Source: Erysipelotrichaceae bacterium (GTDB lineage Bacteria > Bacillota_I > Bacilli_A > Erysipelotrichales > Erysipelotrichaceae). From it: DNA of 64,000 nt. This document shows positions 1-9,113 of the stretch, one piece after another. Below the pieces are notes generated by a model. It was given only the letters and a program-made list of their open reading frames with translations, was not told the origin of the DNA and searched no databases. Position 1 is the stretch's first letter. The number at the start of each line of letters is the position of its first letter. Position numbers and translations under genes: made by a program. The stretch lies in assembly GCA_017445225.1 (NCBI GenBank), contig JAFSUN010000004.1, positions 3,280 to 67,279 on the forward strand. Direction: 5' to 3'.

Positions 1-40
1 ATAAAAAGAAACCTCTTCATAGCCCCATTGTATAAAAAAA

Positions 41-90
41 CATAAAACAAAAACTCTCGGGTATCGGGAATTCCCTGTATCCGAGAGTTT
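41..90 (-). terminator. Rho-independent terminator downstream of the XRE-family gene
   Basis: Arms AAACTCTCGG/CCGAGAGTTT at 51-60 and 81-90. On the minus strand the hairpin is followed by TTTTTGTTTT. Confidence 0.6.
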
Positions 91-100
91 ACTTCGATGA

Positions 101-985
101 TTATTGCTGCGAGCTGTCCCATATTACCGTTATCTCAGGGTTACTGATCAGGTCCTCAAGTGTATCCTCTGAGGGAAGAGTTTCCAGATCATCATGATAG
201 TATATGACATATCGTATCTCGAACTGCGAGGTGTCGGGATTCTTGGGAACATGCCACTCATTACTGTATACCATGACATAATTTTTCTGCCTTGGAGCGA
301 AAAGCCTGTCAAACCTGGTAGTACTAACCGTAAAGATCAGGCATTCTACTTCTCCTTCTCCTGTTTTCAACGATATCATTTTTCCCTTCCCTGGCAGCCT
401 GTCCAAAGAGAGTTTCTGATTCTTTACCGATATCTCGACATAACTGGAATACCTGTCCAGATTGCTGCCATAGGCAACCTTGACCTGAACATTATCCGTC
501 TTCAGTTTCAAAGGGACAGCTGAGTTCTTCAGATAACTGACATACATGCTCCCGGCAGCTGTGACAATGACCAGGGTCATTAACACCAGAAGCGCCTTCC
601 TGAGGTTAGTGATGATACGGTCATATCTGTTTCTGGTCTTCTCGCGCTCTGCCCTGGCCTCCTGAACGAAGGCGTCATTCTGCGATTTCAGGGTCTCGAT
701 CTGCAGCTGAAGCGTCCTGTTGTTGTCTTCGAGTTCAGCCATTCTCCTGTTAACCTCTGATTTGTAGTTTTCATCAAAGCTGGTCGTCAGATTGAAGAAT
801 TCATCAAAACTGATTGAAAGGACATCGCAGATCTGGGCCATGGTAAAAACATCAGGCAGACCCTCACCGGTCTCCCATTTCGATATCGTCTTATCCGTCG
901 TGTTCAGACGGTTGGCCAGCTGCCTTTGGGTAAGCTTGGCCTGTTTTCTTTTCTCCCTGATCAGATTTCCCAGTTCGTTCTTCAC
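101..985 (-). CDS. Membrane-tethered XRE-family HTH regulator (HTH, coiled coil, one TM segment, extracytoplasmic domain)
   Basis: N-terminus LTQRQLANRLNTTDKTISKWETG is a Cro/C1-type HTH. A heptad-rich segment follows (ELEDNNRTLQLQIETLKSQNDAF), then a hydrophobic helix LLVLMTLVIVTAAGSMYV. GTG start lies 6 nt after GGAAGGTGAG. Confidence 0.75.
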   Translation of the reverse strand: MKNELGNLIREKRKQAKLTQRQLANRLNTTDKTISKWETGEGLPDVFTMAQICDVLSISFDEFFNLTTSFDENYKSEVNRRMAELEDNNRTLQLQIETLKSQNDAFVQEARAEREKTRNRYDRIITNLRKALLVLMTLVIVTAAGSMYVSYLKNSAVPLKLKTDNVQVKVAYGSNLDRYSSYVEISVKNQKLSLDRLPGKGKMISLKTGEGEVECLIFTVSTTRFDRLFAPRQKNYVMVYSNEWHVPKNPDTSQFEIRYVIYYHDDLETLPSEDTLEDLISNPEITVIWDSSQQ

Positions 986-1023
986 TTCTGCTCACCTTCC
1001 AAAAACATTTTACTCTACTAAAC

Positions 1024-1053
1024 CATCAAAAAACTCTCGGATTTCGAGAGTTT
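1024..1053 (-). terminator. Rho-independent terminator of the GPH transporter gene
   Basis: Arms AAACTCTCG/CGAGAGTTT at 1031-1039 and 1045-1053. A T-run (TTTTGATGG) follows on the minus strand. Confidence 0.65.
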
Positions 1054-1070
1054 AATGATTTAATGTACTT

Positions 1071-2504
1071 CTACTGTTCGATCTCGCCTCTCTGCAGCCT
1101 TCTTTCCTTCAGTTCCGCCGTAACCTTATCCTTCATTTCCTTAGGATACTTGATGAACAGCAGCGGAATTACATATAAGGCGGCGCCGATGGCCGGGCCA
1201 ATCATGAACAGCGGCCAGATCCACTTGCTGAACTTTTCGGAAACGGCAGCTCCGGCTTCAATGGCCTCGGCATCGTATTCCAGGAAGGTCAGCAGGAAAC
1301 CGGCGATGACGGTATTAAGAGCCGTAGAGATCTTGTCACAGAAGGTCTGAGCCGCAAAGGTAATGGCCTCTGCTCTCTTCCCCGTCTTGTATTCCATGTA
1401 GTCGATTGAGTCTCCCCACAAAGCCGTTCTGGCAATGCCAAACATCTGACCGGGAATGGAGCCGATCGCAAACAGCACGGCACAGATCCAGATCCGGTTG
1501 CCTTCAAAGCCGATGATGAAGGCGATGACACGGGTGATGACAGTGGCGAGGTTGGCGATGATCAGAACGTTTCTCATGCCGCCTACCTTTTCCGACAGCT
1601 TGGTCGTTAAGAACATGCCGACACCGGAGAACATGTAGGTGATGCCGGTAAAGATGGTCATGACGGTCAGGCCGCCGATCTCCTTGCCGAATAAGGTAGC
1701 GGTGACCTTGTGCTGAAAGAAATAGGCACCAGGTACGGTTAATGAAAGTCCATTAAGAATGTTGCCCAGCAGTACCAGCATGACGATCTTGTTGTTAAAC
1801 AGCATCTTCAGATTATCCCTGAAGGACTCGGTCTGGGTCTCGGAGTTTACCCTGATGCGCTCCTGGGCACTGGCTGCCAACATTGAAATGATCATGCCGA
1901 AGAAGCCGAAGATGATGGCCGCCAGGAAATAGATCCTTTCGGTGCTCCAGCCGGCATTCTTCAGACTGTCCATCATGGTCGGGAAGACACCGACAACGCC
2001 AAAGCCGATGGCAGCGAGAATTCTTCCCCACTGGGACAGCTTTTCTCTTTCTTCGGGAACGTCGGTCATGACCGAGGTCATCGACCACATGCTGACGTCC
2101 TGAATGGTGAAGATCATGTCATAGGCCAGATACAGGATCAGTACGTAGATGGCCTTGGGAATGTCACCGACAAAGTGCCAGTTGGTAAACAGCAGTATGA
2201 CGATGATGCCGATCACTACCGGGGTCAGTTTCAGGAATGGGCGGAACTTGTTGCCGTTCTTGAACTGATGGCGGTCGATCAAAGTACCCATCACCGGGTC
2301 ATTGACGGCATCCCAGATCCGGGCAATGCCCAATACGATGCCGATGGTCCGGCCCTCGATGTAGAGGACATCCGTACAGTAGACAAAGAACCAACCCATC
2401 ATCAGGGCGCAGGAAAGGTTCTGGCCGAAAATGCCGAACACGTATTTAAGGGCTTCCGAACGCGGTACCCGTCCGCCCTTAGTAACCATTTTTTCTTCTT
2501 TCAT
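1071..2504 (-). CDS. Glycoside-pentoside-hexuronide (GPH) family sugar:cation symporter (MFS-type)
   Basis: 477 aa with about 12 hydrophobic segments. GPH signature D-x-x-N-D-P-x-x-G-x-x-x-D-R is present (WDAVNDPVMGTLIDRHQF...FRPF). Confidence 0.8.
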   Translation of the reverse strand: MKEEKMVTKGGRVPRSEALKYVFGIFGQNLSCALMMGWFFVYCTDVLYIEGRTIGIVLGIARIWDAVNDPVMGTLIDRHQFKNGNKFRPFLKLTPVVIGIIVILLFTNWHFVGDIPKAIYVLILYLAYDMIFTIQDVSMWSMTSVMTDVPEEREKLSQWGRILAAIGFGVVGVFPTMMDSLKNAGWSTERIYFLAAIIFGFFGMIISMLAASAQERIRVNSETQTESFRDNLKMLFNNKIVMLVLLGNILNGLSLTVPGAYFFQHKVTATLFGKEIGGLTVMTIFTGITYMFSGVGMFLTTKLSEKVGGMRNVLIIANLATVITRVIAFIIGFEGNRIWICAVLFAIGSIPGQMFGIARTALWGDSIDYMEYKTGKRAEAITFAAQTFCDKISTALNTVIAGFLLTFLEYDAEAIEAGAAVSEKFSKWIWPLFMIGPAIGAALYVIPLLFIKYPKEMKDKVTAELKERRLQRGEIEQ

Positions 2505-2589
2505 TATTCTATCTCCCTGTTGTTACATTACTAGAATAGCACAATTACCCCGCGGGAGAAAACGCTTTATGCATTTCCGATTGGAAAGC

Positions 2590-2616
2590 AGATCAAAAGG
2601 CCGCCTGGCGGCCTTT
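2590..2616 (-). terminator. Rho-independent terminator of leuS
   Basis: GC-rich hairpin AAGGCCGC-CTG-GCGGCCTT, followed on the minus strand by TTTTGAT. Confidence 0.7.
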
Positions 2617-2624
2617 CGTCTTAT

Positions 2625-5024
2625 TTATGCAGCAACTATATTAACGATCTTGTTCTTGATGATGATGACCTTGCGGATCGTCTTGCCGGCGGTAAAGTTC
2701 TTAACGCCTTCCAGCTCCATGGCCTGCTCTCTGATCTCGGCTTCTTCACAGTCAGCCGGAACCATGATTTTGCCTCTGACCTTGCCGTTGACCTGAACGA
2801 CGATCTCGATCTCATTCTTTACCAGCTTGCCTTCATCATAGGTCGGCCAGGATTCATAAGCTAAGGTATCCTTGCCGGTGTAGTGCTGATGGATTTCCTC
2901 GCAGACATGCGGAGCGATCGGGCTCAGCAGCTTGATGAAGTTGATGATCATGTCCTTATTGACCTTATCGACCCGGTAGCACTCATTGATGAAGATCATC
3001 ATCTGGGAGATGGCGGTATTGAAGTTCAGGGAATCGATGTCCTCAGTTACCTTCTTAACGGTGAAGTTATAGACATAGTCCAGTTCGGGAGTCGGCTCAG
3101 CGGTGATCTTCTCAGGGGTCTCCATTGCCAGTCTCCAAACTCTTTCGATCCACCTTCTGGCCCCTTCAACACCCTGTTCACTCCAGGGCTTGGAAGCCTC
3201 CAGCGGTCCCATGAACATCTCGTAAAGCCTCAGGGTATCGGCACCGTAGGCTCTGACGATGTCGTTGGGATCGACGATGTACTGCGGATAGCGCTTGCCC
3301 ATCTTGATGCCGTTTTCGCCCAGGATCATGCCCTGGTGAACGAGCTTGTGGAACGGTTCCTTAACGGGAACGATGCCCTTGTCATAGAGGAAGTTGTTCC
3401 ACATCCGGCTGTACAGCAGGTGTCCGACCGCATGTTCCGGTCCGCCGACATACAGATCGACCGGCAGCCAGTGTTCCATCAGCTTACGGTCAGCGATCTC
3501 CTGATCATTGTGCGGATCGATGTATCTCAAGAAGTACCAGCTGCTGCCGGCGGAACCCGGCATGGTACTGGTTTCCCTTCTGCCCTTCTTGCCGTCAACT
3601 TCCACGTTGACCCAATCGGTGGCCTTGTCCAACGGTGACTTGCCGCCCTTGGGAGCATAGTCATCCAGTTCCGGCAGAACCAGCGGCAGCTGATCCAGCG
3701 GTAAGGCGATCATCGAATCATCCTCAAAGTGGATGACCGGGATCGGCTCGCCCCAGTATCTCTGACGGGCAAAGATCCATTCTCTCAGACGGTAGTTGAC
3801 CTTCTTTTCACCCAGTCCTCTTTCGGTAAGCCAGGCGATCATGGCATTGATGGCTTCTTCCTTGCCCATGCCATTCATGAATCCGCTGTTGATGTGAATG
3901 CCGTCCTGCGTCCAGGCTTCCTTCGTAATGTCGCCGCCTTCCAGCACCGGAATGATATCCAATCCGAACTTGGTGGCGAATTCCCAGTCACGCTGGTCAT
4001 GAGCCGGAACGGCCATGATGGCACCGGTTCCATAGGTGGCTAATACATAGTCGGAGATCCAGATCGGGATTTCCCGGCCGTTGACCGGATTTATCGCATA
4101 GGCGCCGGTGAAGACACCGGTCTTGTCCTTGTTCAGTTCGGTCCTCTCCAGATCGCTCTTGGTGGCGCATTCCTTCTTGTAAGCCTCTACGGCGGCTTTC
4201 TGCTCAGGGGTGGTTATCTTATCGATCAGTTTATGTTCCGGCGCCAGAACGCAATAGGTGGCGCCAAACAGGGTATCGGCACGGGTGGTAAAGACGGTGA
4301 ACTCATCGTCATGACCAGCAACCCTGAATTTCACATGAGCGCCATAGCTCCGGCCGATCCAGTTTCTCTGCATTTCCTTGGTGCTCTCCGGCCAGTCGAT
4401 CTCTTCCAGTCCTTCCAGCAGGCGGTCGGCATACTTGACGATGTCGATGACCCACTGCTTCATGTTCTTTCTGATGACCGGATAGCCGCCTCTTTCGCTC
4501 TTGCCGTCGATGACTTCATCGTTGGCCAGAACGGTGCCCAGCTCCTCACACCAGTTGACCGGCATGTCCACGCACTTGGCGAGGCCTTCTTCAAACAGCA
4601 GCGTGAAGATGTACTGGGTCCACTTGTAGTAGGACGGATCACAGGTTGAGACCACGCGGTCCCAGTCATAGGAGAAGCCGATGTTCTTTAACTGATTGGT
4701 AAAGAACTCGATGTTGTTTCTGGTAAAGGTATCGGGATGGTTTCCGGTCTGGATGGCATACTGCTCCGCCGGCAGTCCGAAGGAATCGAATCCCATCGGA
4801 TGCAGGACGTTGTAGCCTTCCATTCTCTTCTTACGGGAAACCACGTCAGTTGCCGTATAGCCTTCCGGATGGCCGACGTGCAGGCCGGCACCGCTGGGAT
4901 ACGGGAACATGTCCAGAGCATAGAACTTGGGCTTGCTGAAATCCCAGGCATCGGTCTTGAAGGTCTTATGGTCCATCCAGTACTTCTGCCACTTCTTCTC
5001 GTTCAATTCATGGTTATAACTCAT
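2625..5024 (-). CDS. leuS: Leucine--tRNA ligase
   Basis: 799 aa starting at [20 protein letters not shown] motif (HVGHPEGY) and KMSKS-like KMGKR are present, with class Ia architecture. The ORF-track start at 5276 runs into the T-box leader, so I use the ATG at 5022-5024. Confidence 0.95.
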   Translation of the reverse strand: MSYNHELNEKKWQKYWMDHKTFKTDAWDFSKPKFYALDMFPYPSGAGLHVGHPEGYTATDVVSRKKRMEGYNVLHPMGFDSFGLPAEQYAIQTGNHPDTFTRNNIEFFTNQLKNIGFSYDWDRVVSTCDPSYYKWTQYIFTLLFEEGLAKCVDMPVNWCEELGTVLANDEVIDGKSERGGYPVIRKNMKQWVIDIVKYADRLLEGLEEIDWPESTKEMQRNWIGRSYGAHVKFRVAGHDDEFTVFTTRADTLFGATYCVLAPEHKLIDKITTPEQKAAVEAYKKECATKSDLERTELNKDKTGVFTGAYAINPVNGREIPIWISDYVLATYGTGAIMAVPAHDQRDWEFATKFGLDIIPVLEGGDITKEAWTQDGIHINSGFMNGMGKEEAINAMIAWLTERGLGEKKVNYRLREWIFARQRYWGEPIPVIHFEDDSMIALPLDQLPLVLPELDDYAPKGGKSPLDKATDWVNVEVDGKKGRRETSTMPGSAGSSWYFLRYIDPHNDQEIADRKLMEHWLPVDLYVGGPEHAVGHLLYSRMWNNFLYDKGIVPVKEPFHKLVHQGMILGENGIKMGKRYPQYIVDPNDIVRAYGADTLRLYEMFMGPLEASKPWSEQGVEGARRWIERVWRLAMETPEKITAEPTPELDYVYNFTVKKVTEDIDSLNFNTAISQMMIFINECYRVDKVNKDMIINFIKLLSPIAPHVCEEIHQHYTGKDTLAYESWPTYDEGKLVKNEIEIVVQVNGKVRGKIMVPADCEEAEIREQAMELEGVKNFTAGKTIRKVIIIKNKIVNIVAA

Positions 5025-5241
5025 AGTAACTCTCCTCTGCGCCAAAACAAAAGGCGCACTTCCTAAGGACGCCTCAGCGCGGTACCACCTTAGTTCATAT
5101 GCCTGACATATGCACCTCAAATCAGCCTTAACGCGGCCGTCACGTTCTGCTCCCGGGTGAGTTCGGCTGGCAGTCGTATCAGTTTCCACCGACCACTGAC
5201 TCTCTAAGACTTCTGCTTCGCTTACTGGTCCGTTCTTCGCT
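5025..5241 (-). promoter_or_regulatory. T-box leader (tRNA-Leu sensing), specifier CUC
   Basis: The minus strand reads AACUAAGGUGGUACCGCG, the conserved T-box sequence (plus strand cgcggtaccacc at about 5078-5089). It also has a stem-I AGAGAG motif and GAA-CUC-A in a specifier-loop context. A short hairpin GAGGCG/CGCCUU plus UUGUUUU precedes the SD GAGGAG. Confidence 0.85.
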
Positions 5242-5247
5242 ACAGAT

Positions 5248-5276
5248 ATCTTACAAAAATGAGCCCTCAATGTCAA
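5248..5276 (-). promoter_or_regulatory. Sigma-A type promoter of the leuS T-box leader
   Basis: On the minus strand: TTGACA (5271-5276), 17-nt spacer, TAAGAT (5248-5253). Confidence 0.65.
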
Positions 5277-5291
5277 TCAGCCGGAACAAAG

Positions 5292-5300
5292 TGCTATAAT
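5292..5300 (+). promoter_or_regulatory. Extended -10 promoter (TGcTATAAT) placed for a leaderless transcript of the radical-SAM gene
   Basis: TATAAT at 5295-5300 is preceded by TG at 5292-5293. The ATG at 5307 lies 6 nt after the -10 with no SD in between. Confidence 0.55.
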
Positions 5301-5306
5301 TTAGCC

Positions 5307-6239
5307 ATGATCAATCCATACCCCCATTCCGAGGATAACAAGCGTTATCAGACCATGAATTACTATACCAAGAAGACCTATGGCTCCCGGGTCTACAAGG
5401 TGCCCATTGAGGCCGGCTTCACCTGCCCTAACCGCGATGGCAACAAGGCTTACGGCGGCTGTGTTTTCTGTGCGGGAGGCTCCAACAGCTTCCCCGGGAT
5501 CTCGCAGAAGGATCTCAGGGAACAATACCGGCAGCGCAAGGAGATCTTCGAGCACAAGTGGCCCCAGGGATTGCCGATGGCTTACTTCCAGTCCTACTCC
5601 AACACCTATAAGCCGCTGGCGGAATTAAAAGAGCTCTATCAGCCTTTCATCGCCGATGATCAGGTCTTCGGCCTGGTGATCGCCACCAGATGTGACTGCC
5701 TTGATCAGGAAAAGATCGGCTATCTGCAGGAAGTTGCCCAAAGAAAGGAAGTATGGCTGGAACTGGGCTTGCAGAGCATTCATGATCAGACCTTAAGGGA
5801 GATGAACCGCCAGGAAACCCTCGATGATTTTCTGGTGTGCATAGACAGATTACAGAATACCGGCATCAAGACCTCCGTTCACCTGATCAACGGCTGGCCT
5901 TCAGAATCTGAAGAGATGATGCTGGAGACCACAAGAGTCGTCGGAAAGCTGCCGATAACGGCGGTAAAGATCCACATGCTGCATGTGCTCAGGAACACGC
6001 CTCTGGGAATCAGATACCGGCAGGAGCCCTTTGAACTGTTGAGCAAGCAGCAGTATACCGAACTGGTCGCCCGGCAGATCACTCTGCTAAGGGAAGACAT
6101 GGTAGTAGAGCGAGTGACCGGTGACGGTCTGGCCAGCGAGCTGCTTGCCCCCCTATGGACGATAAAAAAAGTCAGTGTCATCAATGACATTGACAAGATA
6201 CTGGCCGCAAACAACTGGTGGCAGGGAAAATTCCGCTGA
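5307..6239 (+). CDS. Radical SAM protein, TIGR01212 (YtqA-like) family
   Basis: N-terminus NKRYQTMNYYTKKTYGSRVYKVPIEAGFTCPNRDG...GGCVFC matches the characteristic CPNRDG/GGCxFC arrangement of this family. 310 aa from the ATG at 5307. Confidence 0.85.
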   Translation: MINPYPHSEDNKRYQTMNYYTKKTYGSRVYKVPIEAGFTCPNRDGNKAYGGCVFCAGGSNSFPGISQKDLREQYRQRKEIFEHKWPQGLPMAYFQSYSNTYKPLAELKELYQPFIADDQVFGLVIATRCDCLDQEKIGYLQEVAQRKEVWLELGLQSIHDQTLREMNRQETLDDFLVCIDRLQNTGIKTSVHLINGWPSESEEMMLETTRVVGKLPITAVKIHMLHVLRNTPLGIRYRQEPFELLSKQQYTELVARQITLLREDMVVERVTGDGLASELLAPLWTIKKVSVINDIDKILAANNWWQGKFR

Positions 6240-6258
6240 GGACCCCTGCCACTGTTTT

Positions 6259-7023
6259 TTATAAGTTCTTTTCGTAAATGATCCTTAAGCCCTTGAGCAT
6301 CAGATCGTTGTCGAGAATGATCGGAGTCTCGCAATACGGGACAATCAACTTGGCCAAGCCGCCGGTCGCCACGACCTTGCAGGGATAGCCGAGCTCTTTG
6401 GTCATTCTTCTGATGATGCCGTCCAGTAAGCCTGCCTGGCCATAGACAGTGCCCGACTGCATGGCCTCAACGGTCTGCCCGTTGATGACCTTGGCGGGAG
6501 CGGTCAGATTGATCTTGGGAAGCTTGCTGGCATTGGTTCCCAGCGCATTGAGGGAGATGCCGACACCCGGGACGATGACGCCGCCGATGAATTCGCCCTT
6601 ATCATTGTCAACCATGATGGTGGTAGCCGTGCCCATGTCGATGACGATGTTGGGATAGCCGTACAGTTCGTTGGCCGCTACGGCATCAACGACCAGGTCA
6701 GCACCCAGAGCCTTCGGATCTTCGATCCTGATCTTCAGTCCGGTCTTGATGCCCGGGCCGACGATCAGCGGTGTTACCTTGGCAGCGAACTTGACCGCAT
6801 CTCTGATCTCATAGGTCAGCGGCGGTACGACACTGGAAATGATGGCGCCTTCGATCCTGGTGATGTCCACGTCGTGGATCTCAAAAAGAGCATGCATCAT
6901 GACCGCATATTCACTGCTGGTCTTGTTCAGATCGGTCGCTACCCGGCTGGAGAAAACCGTCTTCTCCCCATCCAGCAGACCGATTTCGGTATGGGTATTT
7001 CCCATGTCAATGGCTAGAATCAT
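6259..7023 (-). CDS. coaX: Type III pantothenate kinase
   Basis: MILAIDMGNTHTEIGL (ASKHA phosphate-1 motif) and later DMGTATT. 254 aa. Confidence 0.9.
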   Translation of the reverse strand: MILAIDMGNTHTEIGLLDGEKTVFSSRVATDLNKTSSEYAVMMHALFEIHDVDITRIEGAIISSVVPPLTYEIRDAVKFAAKVTPLIVGPGIKTGLKIRIEDPKALGADLVVDAVAANELYGYPNIVIDMGTATTIMVDNDKGEFIGGVIVPGVGISLNALGTNASKLPKINLTAPAKVINGQTVEAMQSGTVYGQAGLLDGIIRRMTKELGYPCKVVATGGLAKLIVPYCETPIILDNDLMLKGLRIIYEKNL

Positions 7024-7032
7024 ATTTACCTC

Positions 7033-7623
7033 TTACATCTTGCCGACTGACTTCAGCACGCGGGCAACGACCGGAGCCAGGATGGCATTGATCGCTACTT
7101 CCAGTACGAAGTTCATGCCGATCATGATAATGAATACATAATAGATGACCGATGAAGCACCGGCAGCGGCCGCCCAGCCTTCTACCAGCGGTCTGAAGAT
7201 CGTCAGAACGCCCAGAGAGAAGATTCCGGTATTGATGAGCGGAACCAGGATGGAGGCCACGAAGACGGCAACCATTTCATTTTTCTGAGCAATCAGCTTA
7301 TAGGCCCAGCCGGAAATTAGCCCGGCCAGAGAGGTCTTCAGATAGATCATCGCAATGCAGGCAACCGGATTGTACTGAACCATCAGTAATCCGCCCTGAT
7401 CAGCTCCGGTAACGGAAGCGATCGTAATGATGGTGGCGCTTACCGCACCGAGAAAACAGCCGGCTAAGGGTCCGCAGACGATGGCACCGACCACGATCGG
7501 GATCAGTGACAGTGAAATGGTATGGGGGCCGATCCGGATGGAGCTGGCCATCAGCTGTAAGACGACGATGGCGGCAGCCAGTAAGGCAACAGTTGCCATT
7601 TTCTTGGTATTGTTCTTTGTCAT
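7033..7623 (-). CDS. ECF transporter S (substrate-capture) component, possibly pantothenate-specific
   Basis: 196 aa with about 6 TM helices and the small size typical of S components. It lies 9 nt upstream of coaX on the same strand. Substrate assignment is inferred from context only. Confidence 0.65.
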   Translation of the reverse strand: MTKNNTKKMATVALLAAAIVVLQLMASSIRIGPHTISLSLIPIVVGAIVCGPLAGCFLGAVSATIITIASVTGADQGGLLMVQYNPVACIAMIYLKTSLAGLISGWAYKLIAQKNEMVAVFVASILVPLINTGIFSLGVLTIFRPLVEGWAAAAGASSVIYYVFIIMIGMNFVLEVAINAILAPVVARVLKSVGKM

Positions 7624-7699
7624 GTTCTACCTCCTGCTTTCATTCCCATGGTGCGCTCTTCACGACCTGTCTAGGGATATGACTACAAATGACGAAATA

Positions 7700-7727
7700 A
7701 TTATAACAAAATGAATTCAAACTTCAA
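7700..7727 (-). promoter_or_regulatory. Sigma-A promoter for the ECF-S/coaX unit
   Basis: On the minus strand: TTGAAG (7722-7727), 16-nt spacer, extended -10 TGTTATAAT (7700-7708). Confidence 0.6.
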
Positions 7728-7735
7728 TGAGTCTT

Positions 7736-8161
7736 TTAATCTTCTTCCTTCTTGCCGACGACCTTCCTGACGACATTGACGGCTTTCTCGCCGGTCTCCC
7801 TGATCTCGCCGCCGATGCGCTTGAGATCCTCACCGCTGAACTTGCCGTCTTCACCTAATAAGGCCTTGCCGACCTTGGATTCCTTGAAGCCTTCCCCCAT
7901 GCGGTCGAAGTCATCCCTGCCCAGCTTGCCGTCTTCGCCAAAGATCTTCTTGCCGACCTTGGATTCTCTGAATCCTTCGCTCATGCGGCTGAAATCGTCC
8001 TTGCCGAGCTTGCCGTCTTCACCCAGGATCTTCTCACCGGCCTTGGTGTCCCTGAATTCTTCCGCCAGCTGCTTAAAGCCTTCCTTGCTGTCAGCGATTA
8101 CTTCCCTGGTAGCTTCCTTGAATTCCTTGAAGCTTCCTTCAACCTTTTCTCTTTCAGTCAT
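7736..8161 (-). CDS. Highly charged repeat protein of unknown function
   Basis: 141 aa with no TM segment and three 28-aa tandem units (..GEDGKLGxDDFxRMxEGFxESKVGK..). Confidence 0.7.
   Translation of the reverse strand: MTEREKVEGSFKEFKEATREVIADSKEGFKQLAEEFRDTKAGEKILGEDGKLGKDDFSRMSEGFRESKVGKKIFGEDGKLGRDDFDRMGEGFKESKVGKALLGEDGKFSGEDLKRIGGEIRETGEKAVNVVRKVVGKKEED
7796..8047 (-). repeat. Three tandem 84-nt coding repeats inside the 141-aa protein gene
   Basis: The DNA string cttgccgtcttc(a/g)cc...cttgccgaccttggattc recurs with an 84-nt period, corresponding to aa 39-122. Confidence 0.8.
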
Positions 8162-8183
8162 GTCATAATCCTCCCATATTGTT

Positions 8184-8990
8184 CTATGTCAGTACGTGCT
8201 TGAAGAGATAATCTCCAAACCCGCCTTCATCACAGTTAAGATCCGTTACGTCTTCACAGACCCTCTTTGTCTTTTCAAAGCCGTCCTTCAGACAGATGCC
8301 GTGGCAGCATTTCAGCATTTCCTCATCGTTTTCACTGTCACCGAAGGCCATTACCTCATCCGGTGAGATCTCGTGCATTTGACAGATCCTTAACAGCGTA
8401 TGGCCCTTTGAGGTTTCGGGATGAATGAATTCCAGCATGGTCTTCTGGCTTTGGACCGTCAGCCACTTCTCTGAAGGATGCCGGGATACGAATTCTCTGA
8501 CCACCGGCATCATCTCTTCCTTCATTCGGTAGAGGATCTTGGCAGTCGGCCTGGCCCATACCGGTCCCTTATCCTTAACCAGATAGGACTTCAGATCATT
8601 ACGCTTGCAGGAAGCCAGAAGATCACCATCTATCTTTTCTATCAGCATCCCGTCCTCATAGTAAACATAAGGGTTCAAGCCAAAGGGTTCCATCATCTCC
8701 CAGATTTCCTTCAGCGTTTCACTGGAAAGCAGCTCAAATTCATATTCCCGACCGTATATCCTATCCAATAACTGGGATCCGTTCATGCCCATGATGAAAG
8801 GAATCTCATGTCCCAGATCATTCTTTTTTTCCGTATGCTTAAGCATGTGAACTGTCTTGCCGGAAGCCAGAACGAACGGGATACCCCTTGCGTGAAGTTC
8901 TCTTAATGCTCTCTTGTTCAGATCACACCATGCCTTTCCGGTTGGCGCTATGGTGTTATCGAGATCTGCTGCTACCAGTTTAATATTCAT
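8184..8990 (-). CDS. Cof-type HAD-IIB family hydrolase (sugar-phosphate phosphatase-like)
   Basis: N-terminal DLDNT (DxDxT motif), ASG(K), and C-terminal GDSENDEEM. 268 aa. Confidence 0.85.
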   Translation of the reverse strand: MNIKLVAADLDNTIAPTGKAWCDLNKRALRELHARGIPFVLASGKTVHMLKHTEKKNDLGHEIPFIMGMNGSQLLDRIYGREYEFELLSSETLKEIWEMMEPFGLNPYVYYEDGMLIEKIDGDLLASCKRNDLKSYLVKDKGPVWARPTAKILYRMKEEMMPVVREFVSRHPSEKWLTVQSQKTMLEFIHPETSKGHTLLRICQMHEISPDEVMAFGDSENDEEMLKCCHGICLKDGFEKTKRVCEDVTDLNCDEGGFGDYLFKHVLT

Positions 8991-9060
8991 GCAAGCCCAT
9001 TCCTTACCATTATAATCTTATCATCGTTGACGTCTTGTGAAAAGAAAAACGCGAACCACC

Positions 9061-9094
9061 CAAAGAAAACAGGAGATGGAATTCCATCTCCTGT
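9061..9094 (-). terminator. Terminator of the S8 protease gene
   Basis: Perfect 26-bp palindrome ACAGGAGATGGAATTCCATCTCCTGT (9069-9094), followed by TTTCTTTG on the minus strand. Confidence 0.7.
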
Positions 9095-9113
9095 CATTTT
9101 TTCCTGTCAGGAA

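Noticed and set aside
2883-3638. Long ORFs antisense to well-supported genes: 2883-3638, 15595-16335, 20246-20911, 21910-22713, 30286-31035, 35391-35945, 37394-38101, 39790-40485, 41170-42540, 46251-46871, 56157-57029 and 57866-59221
   Set aside because: These are mirror-frame ORFs, typical of moderately GC-rich coding DNA. Their compositions are low-complexity and Gly/Asp/Val/Leu-rich. They lack RBSs and are fully embedded in genes with clear family motifs on the other strand.
5025-5276. An 84-codon N-terminal extension of the leuS ORF in the ORF track
   Set aside because: The extension covers the T-box leader and promoter. LeuS homologues start at [13 protein letters not shown], and an SD (GAGGAG) precedes the ATG at 5024.
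7624-7699. Possible riboswitch in the ~75-nt leader of the ECF S-component/coaX unit
   Set aside because: I could recognise no conserved riboswitch core in the leader, and it is short. Only the promoter is supported.
7796-8047. Possible CRISPR-like or non-coding tandem repeat
   Set aside because: The 84-nt period is in frame within a coding gene, and the units are contiguous with no unique spacers. No direct-repeat/spacer architecture was seen anywhere in the window.
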